Below are positions 36,019 through 43,999 of a stretch of DNA of 64,000 nucleotides, piece after piece; within the stretch, counting starts at the first letter, position 1; the number at the start of each line of letters is the position of its first letter. Origin of the DNA: Actinomycetota bacterium (GTDB taxonomy: Bacteria > Actinomycetota > Actinomycetes > S36-B12); the NCBI GenBank assembly GCA_009699015.1, contig WLOY01000001.1, positions 414-64,413 on the forward strand, given 5' to 3'. Below the pieces are notes generated by a model. That model was given only the letters and a program-made list of their open reading frames with translations, was not told the origin of the DNA and did no database searches. The position numbers were made by a program, and so were the translations under genes.

Positions 36019-36768
36019 TTAAGCCATTGTCAGGCCACCGCTGACACTCAGCGTTTGCCCAGTGATGTAGGAGCTGTCTGGGCTGGCAAAGAATCGCACC
36101 GCGTTCATGATGTCCTCAGGTTGGGCAAGGCGCCGGGCGGGGATCACGCCTTTGAGCGCATCCGTGAGCTTGGTGGGAGCATCACGCAGCAGAGGGGTGT
36201 CAGTCGGCCCAGGGCAGACGCAGTTGGACGTAATCTCATGGCGAATGATCTCTCGTGCCAGCGCTTTCGTGAATCCGATGATTCCGCCTTTCGCCCCCGA
36301 GTACACAACCTCCCCCGAACTGCCAACCCGACCGGCGTCACTCGAAATGTTCACGACGCGCCCTCCGCTCCCTGCGTCGATCATCGCTGGCAGGAACGCG
36401 TGTGTCACCGCGATGGGGCCGAGCAAGTTGATACCGAGGATCTTCTGCCAAAAATCACTGGAGGTGTCCATGAACCGGTGGATCTCCTCCCAGCCGGCGT
36501 TGTTGACGAGCACCTGACATGGGCCAAATCTCGCTTCGACTTGATCGCGCACCGCCGTCACTGAATCAAGGTCAGCGATGTCAACGAAGAATCCCTCCGC
36601 CTTGCCGCCGGACTCAACGATCGTCGTGGCGGTGTCCCGAGCCAAATCCTCGCGAATATCGAGGATGGCCACCGTTCTCCCCTGCTGAGCCAACCCAGCC
36701 GCGATCGCTCTGCCGATACCTGCTCCTCCACCCGTCACGACCGCCAGTGAGTCCAAGGAAACTGTCAT
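36019..36768 (-). CDS. SDR oxidoreductase
   Basis: Start MTVSLDSLAVVTGGGAGIGRA, then NNAG, S...YSGAK, and C-terminal YITGQTLSVSGG. Confidence 0.9.
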   Translation of the reverse strand: MTVSLDSLAVVTGGGAGIGRAIAAGLAQQGRTVAILDIREDLARDTATTIVESGGKAEGFFVDIADLDSVTAVRDQVEARFGPCQVLVNNAGWEEIHRFMDTSSDFWQKILGINLLGPIAVTHAFLPAMIDAGSGGRVVNISSDAGRVGSSGEVVYSGAKGGIIGFTKALAREIIRHEITSNCVCPGPTDTPLLRDAPTKLTDALKGVIPARRLAQPEDIMNAVRFFASPDSSYITGQTLSVSGGLTMA

Positions 36769-36781
36769 CGTCTGCTCATCC

Positions 36782-37540
36782 CTATCGGGAACCGGCAAGG
36801 AAGCTCTGAAGCCGGTCCGTGGTGTCTGGTTGTGCAAGAAGGTCTTTCGTCAATGCGATCTCGAGATCGAATCCGGCGTCACCAACCTGGGCCGCCGTGA
36901 CGCACTGCTTGACCGCAGCCAGTGCGCCGGGCGCGAGCTCTGCTAGTCGGTGCGCAAGACCAACCGCGAACTCATCAACGTCATCGTTCGGGCAGACCCA
37001 CTGAGCGAGCCCGAGTCGAACAGCCTCATCGCCCTTCACAAGTTCTCCGAGCATGATGAGGCGCAAGGCTGTCCCTCGGCCCGCCAAGCGAGTCAGGCGT
37101 TGAGTGCCGCCACCACCCGGGATCAATCCCAGCTTGCTCTCCGGAAGTCCAAACGAAGATTTCATGCCGACCACCCGGAAGTCACACGCCAAGGCGAGTT
37201 CGAACCCGCCGCCCACGGCCGAACCCCGCAATGCTGCGATCGTCGGGATCGGTAGGACTTCCAGCGCGCCGACCACGCTCTGCAACTCGGTACCGAATGC
37301 AGCAATCTGGTCGAACCCTCCGTCGGAGGAGGCCACCTCGGCGATCATGGAAACATTCACGCCACCGCTGAAGAAGCGCTCCGCGCCGCGCAGGAGGAGA
37401 ACACGCGCTGCGCCCGGTGACTCGGCAAGGTCTTCAATGAGGTGGTGCAATGCCTGAAGCTCAGCAGGGCCGAGGGCATTTGCGGGCGGCGAGTCGAGCA
37501 CAGCCGTGAGGATGGGGCCGTCAAGATTCACGTGCAGCAT
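36782..37540 (-). CDS. enoyl-CoA hydratase/isomerase (crotonase)
   Basis: Start MLHVNLDG with a GAAGGGA RBS. FFSGGVN and GSAVGGGFELALACD. Confidence 0.8.
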   Translation of the reverse strand: MLHVNLDGPILTAVLDSPPANALGPAELQALHHLIEDLAESPGAARVLLLRGAERFFSGGVNVSMIAEVASSDGGFDQIAAFGTELQSVVGALEVLPIPTIAALRGSAVGGGFELALACDFRVVGMKSSFGLPESKLGLIPGGGGTQRLTRLAGRGTALRLIMLGELVKGDEAVRLGLAQWVCPNDDVDEFAVGLAHRLAELAPGALAAVKQCVTAAQVGDAGFDLEIALTKDLLAQPDTTDRLQSFLAGSR

Positions 37541-37602
37541 GTCTATCCCTTCAGCCCGATCCAAATCCCCCGGAAAGTTCACTACCGGACGTTTGATTGG
37601 TA

Positions 37603-37631
37603 ATCGTAAGAGTCCCACTCCGTGCTGTCAA
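37603..37631 (-). promoter_or_regulatory. candidate promoter TTGACA-17 nt-TACGAT (minus strand) followed by TACCAATCAAACG box
   Basis: The plus strand shows tgtcaa at 37626-37631 and atcgta at 37603-37608. The box lies at 37590-37602. The ATG at 37540 is downstream. Confidence 0.5.
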
Positions 37632-37662
37632 ACATGGCAGGAGACTCGGTCTTTTGAAGACC

Positions 37663-37697
37663 AAGGGGCCCTGGCGAACACGTCGCCAGGGCCCCTT
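37663..37697 (-). terminator. perfect 15-bp stem / 5-nt loop hairpin after the cupin gene
   Basis: AAGGGGCCCTGGCGA-acacg-TCGCCAGGGCCCCTT, 14 nt past the stop at 37711. No U-tract. Confidence 0.65.
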
Positions 37698-37710
37698 CGA
37701 ACTGTCTTGG

Positions 37711-38247
37711 TCAGTAGTCGAGGTCCAACGCCTCGATGCCGTTTGCCTCGCAGTAGTCGCGGTACATCTTGGTGAACGAGAGCACGTCATCGAAGCCGAT
37801 GACATGATCGTCGTCATTCAGGTAGAAGAGCGGACCCTCCATGAGGAACAGCGTCGTCGTCCCTTCCGGGTTGGTGACCAGCGTGTGGATATCACCGGGC
37901 GGCTCCCAGATCATCATTCCCGCACGGGCGACCCAGTCACGCTCCCTGTAAAACCAACTGCCCTCCAGCACGTACCCCACAACCGACGAACCGTGATAGT
38001 GCCGGCCGACAACGCCACCACCAACAACCCGCGTGAGGTTGACCCAGATGCCAGTCTTGCGATTCAGTCGAAGCGGCTTGACATCCACCCCTTCGATGTA
38101 GGGCACCCACGGGATCAGATCGGGGTCAATCACCCGTTCTCCGACAGTGAGGGCGGTGAGAGCGGCGAGGTTGAACCCGTCCGGCGATGCCTTATGCGCG
38201 GTGGTGGTGTCTGTTTCCAAGGAACTATCCGAAGCTAGAGCCGTCAT
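37711..38247 (-). CDS. ChrR-like cupin protein (2,4'-dihydroxyacetophenone-dioxygenase-like)
   Basis: 178 aa. The pattern IPWVPY...GVDVKPL...GRHYHGSSVVGYVLEGSW...GDIHTL fits the cupin_7/ChrR-like family as I recall it. Confidence 0.6.
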   Translation of the reverse strand: MTALASDSSLETDTTTAHKASPDGFNLAALTALTVGERVIDPDLIPWVPYIEGVDVKPLRLNRKTGIWVNLTRVVGGGVVGRHYHGSSVVGYVLEGSWFYRERDWVARAGMMIWEPPGDIHTLVTNPEGTTTLFLMEGPLFYLNDDDHVIGFDDVLSFTKMYRDYCEANGIEALDLDY

Positions 38248-38253
38248 AACTTC

Positions 38254-38283
38254 AACCTAACGTATGGTAGGGAATGTTGTTAA
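38254..38283 (-). promoter_or_regulatory. candidate promoter TTAACA-18 nt-TAGGTT, ATG 6 nt after the -10 (leaderless?)
   Basis: The plus strand shows tgttaa at 38278-38283 and aaccta at 38254-38259. The 12-mer tcaacctaacgt (38252-38263) is identical to 43877-43888. Confidence 0.5.
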
Positions 38284-38392
38284 TAACGTAAGGCCAACCT
38301 TGGGTTTTGGCAAGAGTCCAGCCCTGCGAATTCTGCGCCGCGCAGGATCGTCTGTCTGTCCACCGCTACGCATCTCGGCGCTTGCGGTCAGG

Positions 38393-40189
38393 CTACGAGA
38401 CGTTCAACCCCTCGAAGTCGCCCGCATCGCGCCACACCCGCCAGGATCGGAAGAACTGAGGCGACGGTCTATAAGAGCCTGTAGCAATACCCGACCGAGT
38501 GTCGCCCTTCATTCCCTCTGCATTGAAATATCCCGGGGTGCATTGCTCTTGGAAAGGTGCACGAGCAACGTTCACGGCAGCGATCTCGAGTTGCCACGCC
38601 TCTTCCGCTGCAGCCGTTGCCTCAACTTGAGTCAGGCCTTCAGCGAGCATCCGCGCCACGATGTAGGTGACGTGCTCCGCCTGTTCCCGCAGCATGTGTG
38701 GAACATTCGTCGTGGTCCCACCCTGTGTGAGGCCCAGAAAGAAGAGATTAGGAAAGTCCTTGCTGAAAAGTCCGTGGAACGTCTTCATTCCTTGAGCAAA
38801 CTTCTCCGACACTCGAAGCCCGCCCCGCCCGATCACGTCGTAGCCAGCTCTATGGCTCCACGTCGTGCCGAGCTCGAAACCCGTTGCGAACACGATGCAA
38901 TCAAGTGGGTATTCGACGCCACCGACCACAACGCCCGCCTTGGAGATCGCGTCGATGCCTGAGCTCACGTCCACGAGCGAGACACTGTCGCGGTCCATCG
39001 CCGGAAGATAGTCGTCGCTGAAGCCCGGACGTTTGCACATCGTTCGGTAATACGCTTTCAGAAGCCGAGCCTTCTCTGGGTCTTTCACGTAGTCATCAAC
39101 TCGAGCACGAACGAGTTCGTTATGCTTGAAATCCGCCAACTCTTTCGCAGCCTCGATGTCCTCGGCGCTCCCAGCGTCCTCAGGCAGGCTCTTCACAGCG
39201 TCAAGTAGCCGACGGAAGAACCTCGTCCACCCGTCATCGATGTCGCAGTCGACGTCCTCCCCATTCACCAGATTGTTGAAGGCGACTTGGCGCTCTTGTT
39301 GCCACCCCGGGCTCAGCGCCGAAAACCAATCTGTGTCGGTCGGGGCATTGTCCCGCACACCCACAGCCGTCGGCGTGCGCTGGAAGATGCGCAACTCTGA
39401 CGATGCCCTCGCTAGCTCGGGAACGATCTGCAGTGCGGTAGCACCGGTACCAATGACACCGACGCGCTTGTCACGAAGGCCGACCAGATCACCGCCCGAA
39501 TCACCTCCCGTATACCCGTAATCCCACCGCGCACTGTGGAAGATTGTCCCCTCGAAGTCCTCGATGCCGGGGATTGCCGGCAGTTGCGGGCGATCGAAAA
39601 TCCCGCTCTGCGTCGTCACGAATCGAGCCCTGAGGACGTCTCCCCTCTCCGTTGACACCTGCCACCGAGAGTCCGCGTCGTCCCATGTCATGCCGTTGAC
39701 CTTTGTCTGGAACAGCGAGCGCTCATACAGGTTGAAGTGGCGACCGAGGAGTTGGCAGTACTCGAAGATCTCGCGTCCCCGGACGTAACGTTCCGTCGGA
39801 ACGTAACCCGTATCTTCAAGGAAAGGAAGGTAGATGTAGGACTCGATGTCGCATCGAATGCCTGGATATCGGTTCCAATACCAGGTGCCTCCGAAGTCGG
39901 CCGCCCAATCAAGGATGCGGAAATTCGTCACACTCGCACTGGCGAGGGTAGCCCCGACTGAGATGCCTCCAAAACCCGCTCCGATGACCAGCACATCGAT
40001 ATCCTCGAAGACAGGATCGCGGTGAACTCCTGGTACCGAATATGGGTCCTCCGCGAAACGAGCGAACCTACCCTCAGCGAATACATATTGATCGGTCCCT
40101 GCGGACCGCCGACGCTTATCTCGTTCCGCGCGATACGTCTCGCGAAGAGCCTCAACGTTGAGTTCCGCGCCGAGAGTTGGATCTGCCAT
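38393..40189 (-). CDS. type I Baeyer-Villiger monooxygenase (FAD/NADPH)
   Basis: VLVIGAGFGG, the BVMO fingerprint FEGTIFHSARWDY, and VGVIGTGATALQ. The ATG at 40189 has a GGAGG RBS; the ORF is open to 40252. Confidence 0.9.
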   Translation of the reverse strand: MADPTLGAELNVEALRETYRAERDKRRRSAGTDQYVFAEGRFARFAEDPYSVPGVHRDPVFEDIDVLVIGAGFGGISVGATLASASVTNFRILDWAADFGGTWYWNRYPGIRCDIESYIYLPFLEDTGYVPTERYVRGREIFEYCQLLGRHFNLYERSLFQTKVNGMTWDDADSRWQVSTERGDVLRARFVTTQSGIFDRPQLPAIPGIEDFEGTIFHSARWDYGYTGGDSGGDLVGLRDKRVGVIGTGATALQIVPELARASSELRIFQRTPTAVGVRDNAPTDTDWFSALSPGWQQERQVAFNNLVNGEDVDCDIDDGWTRFFRRLLDAVKSLPEDAGSAEDIEAAKELADFKHNELVRARVDDYVKDPEKARLLKAYYRTMCKRPGFSDDYLPAMDRDSVSLVDVSSGIDAISKAGVVVGGVEYPLDCIVFATGFELGTTWSHRAGYDVIGRGGLRVSEKFAQGMKTFHGLFSKDFPNLFFLGLTQGGTTTNVPHMLREQAEHVTYIVARMLAEGLTQVEATAAAEEAWQLEIAAVNVARAPFQEQCTPGYFNAEGMKGDTRSGIATGSYRPSPQFFRSWRVWRDAGDFEGLNVS

Positions 40190-40312
40190 CGGACCTCCGG
40201 TCAATGCTTCGCGAACCTGACTCACGCGCGATTGGAGTATGTCCCCAAACATCGCCCTCGCACTGTCTCAATTAGGGCAACAGATCCGTCTCAATGTGAT
40301 TCATCCCCGACA

Positions 40313-41332
40313 TCAAGACACGGCGATGGCTGGGTCTCCTGAACGCTGGCTCCTGCGGAGGTGCTGACGCAGCGCTGTCAGGCCGGGGCCGGTGCCGATA
40401 GCGAGGGCGATCGCGGCGCTTTGCACGAGCAGTTGAGTCGATGGTGGTGCCCCGAGGGAACTCAACAGGCTGTTGAGGAGGCTGAGGAAAACCGCTGCCA
40501 CGGCAGTGCCAGCGAGACGCGCTCTACCTCCACCGAACGCCGTGCCCCCGATGACGACAGCGGTGATTGAGGAGAGTAGGTACGGATTCCCGACGGACGG
40601 CCCCGGCGCGACCACATACCCGGCCAGCATGATGCCCGCCACCCCGTAGCAGAGTGCCGCAATCATGTAAGTGCCAACGAGATACCTTGTCACTGGAAGG
40701 CCCATCGCCCGAGAAGCCGCAGGGCTGGCCCCGATCAAGATGAATCGACGCCCCACGACCGTACGGTTTTGAACGACAATCGTGATCGTCACGAACACCA
40801 CGGCGATCCACACGGTATTGGGAACGCCAAGTGCCCGGCCCACTGCGAAACTGCTGAGGCTGGACGTCGCCGACTTAGGTGATGCGCTCGTGTAGGCGAG
40901 CACGGCACCGATAAGCAACGCATTGACCGCAAGCGTGGCAATGATCGGCGTGATGTTGAGCCATGTGATGGCAAGACCGCTGAGGAGTCCCGCGACGAGT
41001 ACCGCGAGCAGCGCCACCACGATGCCGAGCCCAAGTTTGGATTCATCTCCGTTTGGCAAACCTGTGACCACAACCGCTGCCAGGGTCATCGCCCCTGGGA
41101 CTGCGAAGTCGATGCCGCCCTGCTGAATCGTCAGGCTTTCACCCACAGCGGCGACGGCGAGAATGGCAGTGACCGGAAGCATTGCGAGCAGCGCCGTGCT
41201 GGTGAGGGTCCCAGGGGCAAGGATCCAGCAAGCGATGACCAAGCCAAGCAATGCGATCCAGATTCTGGCGCTTTCGCTCCGTAGCCAGGTAAGTGCCCTG
41301 TTTCCTTCAGTTGTGTTCTGCATCTCATCCAT
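40313..41332 (-). CDS. ABC transporter permease (CUT2, RbsC-like)
   Basis: 339 aa, about 9-10 hydrophobic helices. Overlaps the upstream gene by 8 nt. Confidence 0.85.
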   Translation of the reverse strand: MDEMQNTTEGNRALTWLRSESARIWIALLGLVIACWILAPGTLTSTALLAMLPVTAILAVAAVGESLTIQQGGIDFAVPGAMTLAAVVVTGLPNGDESKLGLGIVVALLAVLVAGLLSGLAITWLNITPIIATLAVNALLIGAVLAYTSASPKSATSSLSSFAVGRALGVPNTVWIAVVFVTITIVVQNRTVVGRRFILIGASPAASRAMGLPVTRYLVGTYMIAALCYGVAGIMLAGYVVAPGPSVGNPYLLSSITAVVIGGTAFGGGRARLAGTAVAAVFLSLLNSLLSSLGAPPSTQLLVQSAAIALAIGTGPGLTALRQHLRRSQRSGDPAIAVS

Positions 41333-43829
41333 GGTTTCGACCTCCTCGCACCTTTGAGTAGAAACCAGCGGCGATGAGCGTCAGACCGCCGAGGAGGAAG
41401 TACTGCCAGGCAATCTCGATTCCGAGAAAGATGGTCGACGTGTTGATCTGCTGAATGAGCAGTGCGCCGGCGAGGGCTCCGATGAACGCTCCGCGCCCCC
41501 CGAAGATGCTCGCTCCACCGAGGATCGCCGCCGTAATGCCAGCCAACGTGTAGGTGCTCCCCACCGTTGCGTCTCCCGAACCGATCTGGCCGATGAGCAG
41601 CATGCCTGCGATAAAGACGAGTGCACCAGCCGCCAGGTGTGCACTCAACCGAATCCAGCGCACCCGGATCCCGACGTCATGGGCTGCCTTTTCGCCTGAG
41701 CCAATCGCACGCAGTTGCGCACCCCACGGTGTACGTCGCAGCACTATTTCCAATCCGAGCGCACACACAACAGCCGCCACCGCCGCCCAAGGCAACCAGC
41801 CGATGCTCGACCGGAGGAAGGTGAGGATGCCCGGAGCGAATGCGCCACCGTATGTGGGACGCAGAAGCAGTGAGAAACCGGAAAGCGCGGTGAAGGTAAC
41901 GAGCGTCACGAGGAACGAAGGGATTCCAAAGAGGCTCGGGAACCAGTTCAAGAAGCCCACAAGGCAACAGATGCCCAGCAGGAGCAGGAATCCAAGAAGG
42001 AGAATGAGAGGCGAGGAGTCTGGCAGAAGTACGAACGATCCCACGACGAGCACGAACGTCATCAAAGGGCCCACCGAGAGGTCAATTCCTCCGGTAATCA
42101 TGATCATCTGTTGGGCCATCGCAGCGAAGGCGAGGACCGCGAAGAGCGTGAGCATGCTGTTGAAGCTGCCTGCGGATGCGTACCGATCATTGTGCAGGGC
42201 CGTATACAAACCGAGGAGGGCAATGGCACATGCGACGAGTGCTGCTGGCGCGAGGTCGCCCCTCAGTACGCGTCGGAGCCAAGAGCTCTGAGTTGCTATC
42301 GGTCCCGACTTATGTGCCGTGTTCGCCGTGAGTGCGGCCTGGGTCATCGCATGCTCGGTGACCATGTCGCCGGTGAGTTCCCGCGCGATGGTTCCGCGCG
42401 ACATCACCAGTACTCGATCGCACAGGCCTTCGAGCTCGGCAGCATCAGACGAGACAACAACGGCGGTCGCTCCGTCATTCACCGCGTTGCGCAACAGTCG
42501 ATAGATACCCAGGCGCGCCCCCACGTCGACGCCCTGGGTGGGCTCGTGGGCAAGGATCACCCGAGGAGTCGAGAGCAGTGCGCGCGCAAACACCACCTTC
42601 TGCTGATTACCTCCCGAAAGACTCTCGATAGTCGTCTCGAGACTCGGAGTCTTCACATCGAGGGCTGCTGCGCTCTCAGAGGCCCGCTCATACTCGCGCC
42701 TTGAAGATAGGAAGCCCAGGCGCGATACCTCACCAATTGTGGTCGCCGAGATGTTCTCGCGCACGCTCAACGTTGGCAGAATGCCCTCGTTCTTTCGATC
42801 TGCCGGCAGGTACGCCAGCCCAGCGCTCTCGGCGCTCATCGCACTCGATAAGCGCACGGCCTTCCCGTCGACCGCAACGACGCCCTTGCTCTGAATCAGG
42901 CCAGCAAGGGCCCTGATCGTCTCGCGCTGCCCATTTCCCTCGACCCCGGAAATTCCGATGATCTCCCCCGCGTGAGCCACGAAGTCGATGCTCCCAAAGT
43001 GATCTCCGCTGAACTCTGTCACCTGAAGGACCGGATCCACCGGTTGCGCGTCCGTCGCACGCTTCGGTGGAAACACCATCTCCAATGGTGTTCCAACGAT
43101 CGCTTCAACGATCTGGTCTTCGGATACGTCCGCAGTTTGGTGGGTACCGCGCAGGACACCGTCACGAAGGACGCTCACCCGGTCGCTGATGCGGAGAACG
43201 TCGGGAATGCGATGAGAGATGTACACGACCGCCGTTCCCGTGTCGGCGAGGGCGCGAACTCGAGCGAAGAGGATCTCGATCTCTTCGAGTCCAAGTGATT
43301 CGGTCGGCTCGTCCAGAAGGAGTACCCGTGGGTTCTGACTGATCGCCTTGCTGATCTCCACCATGAACCGCGCAGCGGGATCAAGTTCGCGCGCGGGCGT
43401 CCGCGGGTCGATCGCACGATTCTTTGCCCAGACGGCCAAGCGATCCTTCGACCATCGCGAGATCTTGGGCCAGCCCGGTCGCTGATCCTTCGACACCCCC
43501 ACGGCTAGGTTTTCGGCGACTGAGAGATCTGGCATCAGCGCCGGCTCCTGGCGGACGATAGCAAGACCGAAATTACGGGCGACATTTGGTGAGGCGTGCG
43601 AGAGCACGTGACCGTCAATTATGACAACACCCGAATCGGCGGCCTGAGCACCGGAAGCAATACCCATGAGGGTCGACTTACCCGCCCCGTTCTCACCAAC
43701 GATCGCGTGCACCTCACCCCGGAACACGACCAAGGAGATATCGCTCAGTGCCTGAACACCAGGGAAAGCCTTGGAAATCCCCTGAAAGGTAAGTGCCGCA
43801 CCGAAAGCTGGTGCGCTCCCCTCACTCAT
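41325..43829 (-). CDS. fused ABC transporter: tandem ATPase domains + permease domain
   Basis: 834 aa in one frame. NBD1 GENGAGKST, NBD2 GVEGNGQ, LSGGNQQK signature and EPTQGVD, then ~330 aa of membrane helices. Confidence 0.85.
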   Translation of the reverse strand: MSEGSAPAFGAALTFQGISKAFPGVQALSDISLVVFRGEVHAIVGENGAGKSTLMGIASGAQAADSGVVIIDGHVLSHASPNVARNFGLAIVRQEPALMPDLSVAENLAVGVSKDQRPGWPKISRWSKDRLAVWAKNRAIDPRTPARELDPAARFMVEISKAISQNPRVLLLDEPTESLGLEEIEILFARVRALADTGTAVVYISHRIPDVLRISDRVSVLRDGVLRGTHQTADVSEDQIVEAIVGTPLEMVFPPKRATDAQPVDPVLQVTEFSGDHFGSIDFVAHAGEIIGISGVEGNGQRETIRALAGLIQSKGVVAVDGKAVRLSSAMSAESAGLAYLPADRKNEGILPTLSVRENISATTIGEVSRLGFLSSRREYERASESAAALDVKTPSLETTIESLSGGNQQKVVFARALLSTPRVILAHEPTQGVDVGARLGIYRLLRNAVNDGATAVVVSSDAAELEGLCDRVLVMSRGTIARELTGDMVTEHAMTQAALTANTAHKSGPIATQSSWLRRVLRGDLAPAALVACAIALLGLYTALHNDRYASAGSFNSMLTLFAVLAFAAMAQQMIMITGGIDLSVGPLMTFVLVVGSFVLLPDSSPLILLLGFLLLLGICCLVGFLNWFPSLFGIPSFLVTLVTFTALSGFSLLLRPTYGGAFAPGILTFLRSSIGWLPWAAVAAVVCALGLEIVLRRTPWGAQLRAIGSGEKAAHDVGIRVRWIRLSAHLAAGALVFIAGMLLIGQIGSGDATVGSTYTLAGITAAILGGASIFGGRGAFIGALAGALLIQQINTSTIFLGIEIAWQYFLLGGLTLIAAGFYSKVRGGRNHG

Positions 43830-43878
43830 GGGGCGGGCAGTTGCGAGGTGTCATAGAGCCATTCGAAATCACTCCGTC

Positions 43879-43907
43879 AACCTAACGTCGGTTTGGTAGA
43901 CCGTCAA
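43879..43907 (-). promoter_or_regulatory. candidate promoter TTGACG-17 nt-TAGGTT with CTACCAAACC box in the spacer
   Basis: The plus strand shows cgtcaa at 43902-43907 and aaccta at 43879-43884. It shares the 12-mer tcaacctaacgt with the cupin promoter. Confidence 0.5.
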
Positions 43908-43999
43908 GCACTTTCCAGAGACGACCCTCTGTTCATACAGCTCACGCCACAAAGGTCTCGTCAATCGCTGGCCGCCTTCTCGCGAGAACGGTGCCCCCG

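Noticed and set aside
38264-38962. 232-aa plus-strand ORF starting in the cupin/BVMO gap
   Set aside because: It overlaps the 3' third of the BVMO gene on the opposite strand and has no recognisable family. The gap is better explained by the cupin promoter.
43977-43988. Perfect 12-bp palindrome TTCTCGCGAGAA, 12 nt after the acyl-CoA synthetase stop
   Set aside because: It is too short and loop-less to be a convincing terminator. No related copies were noticed elsewhere.
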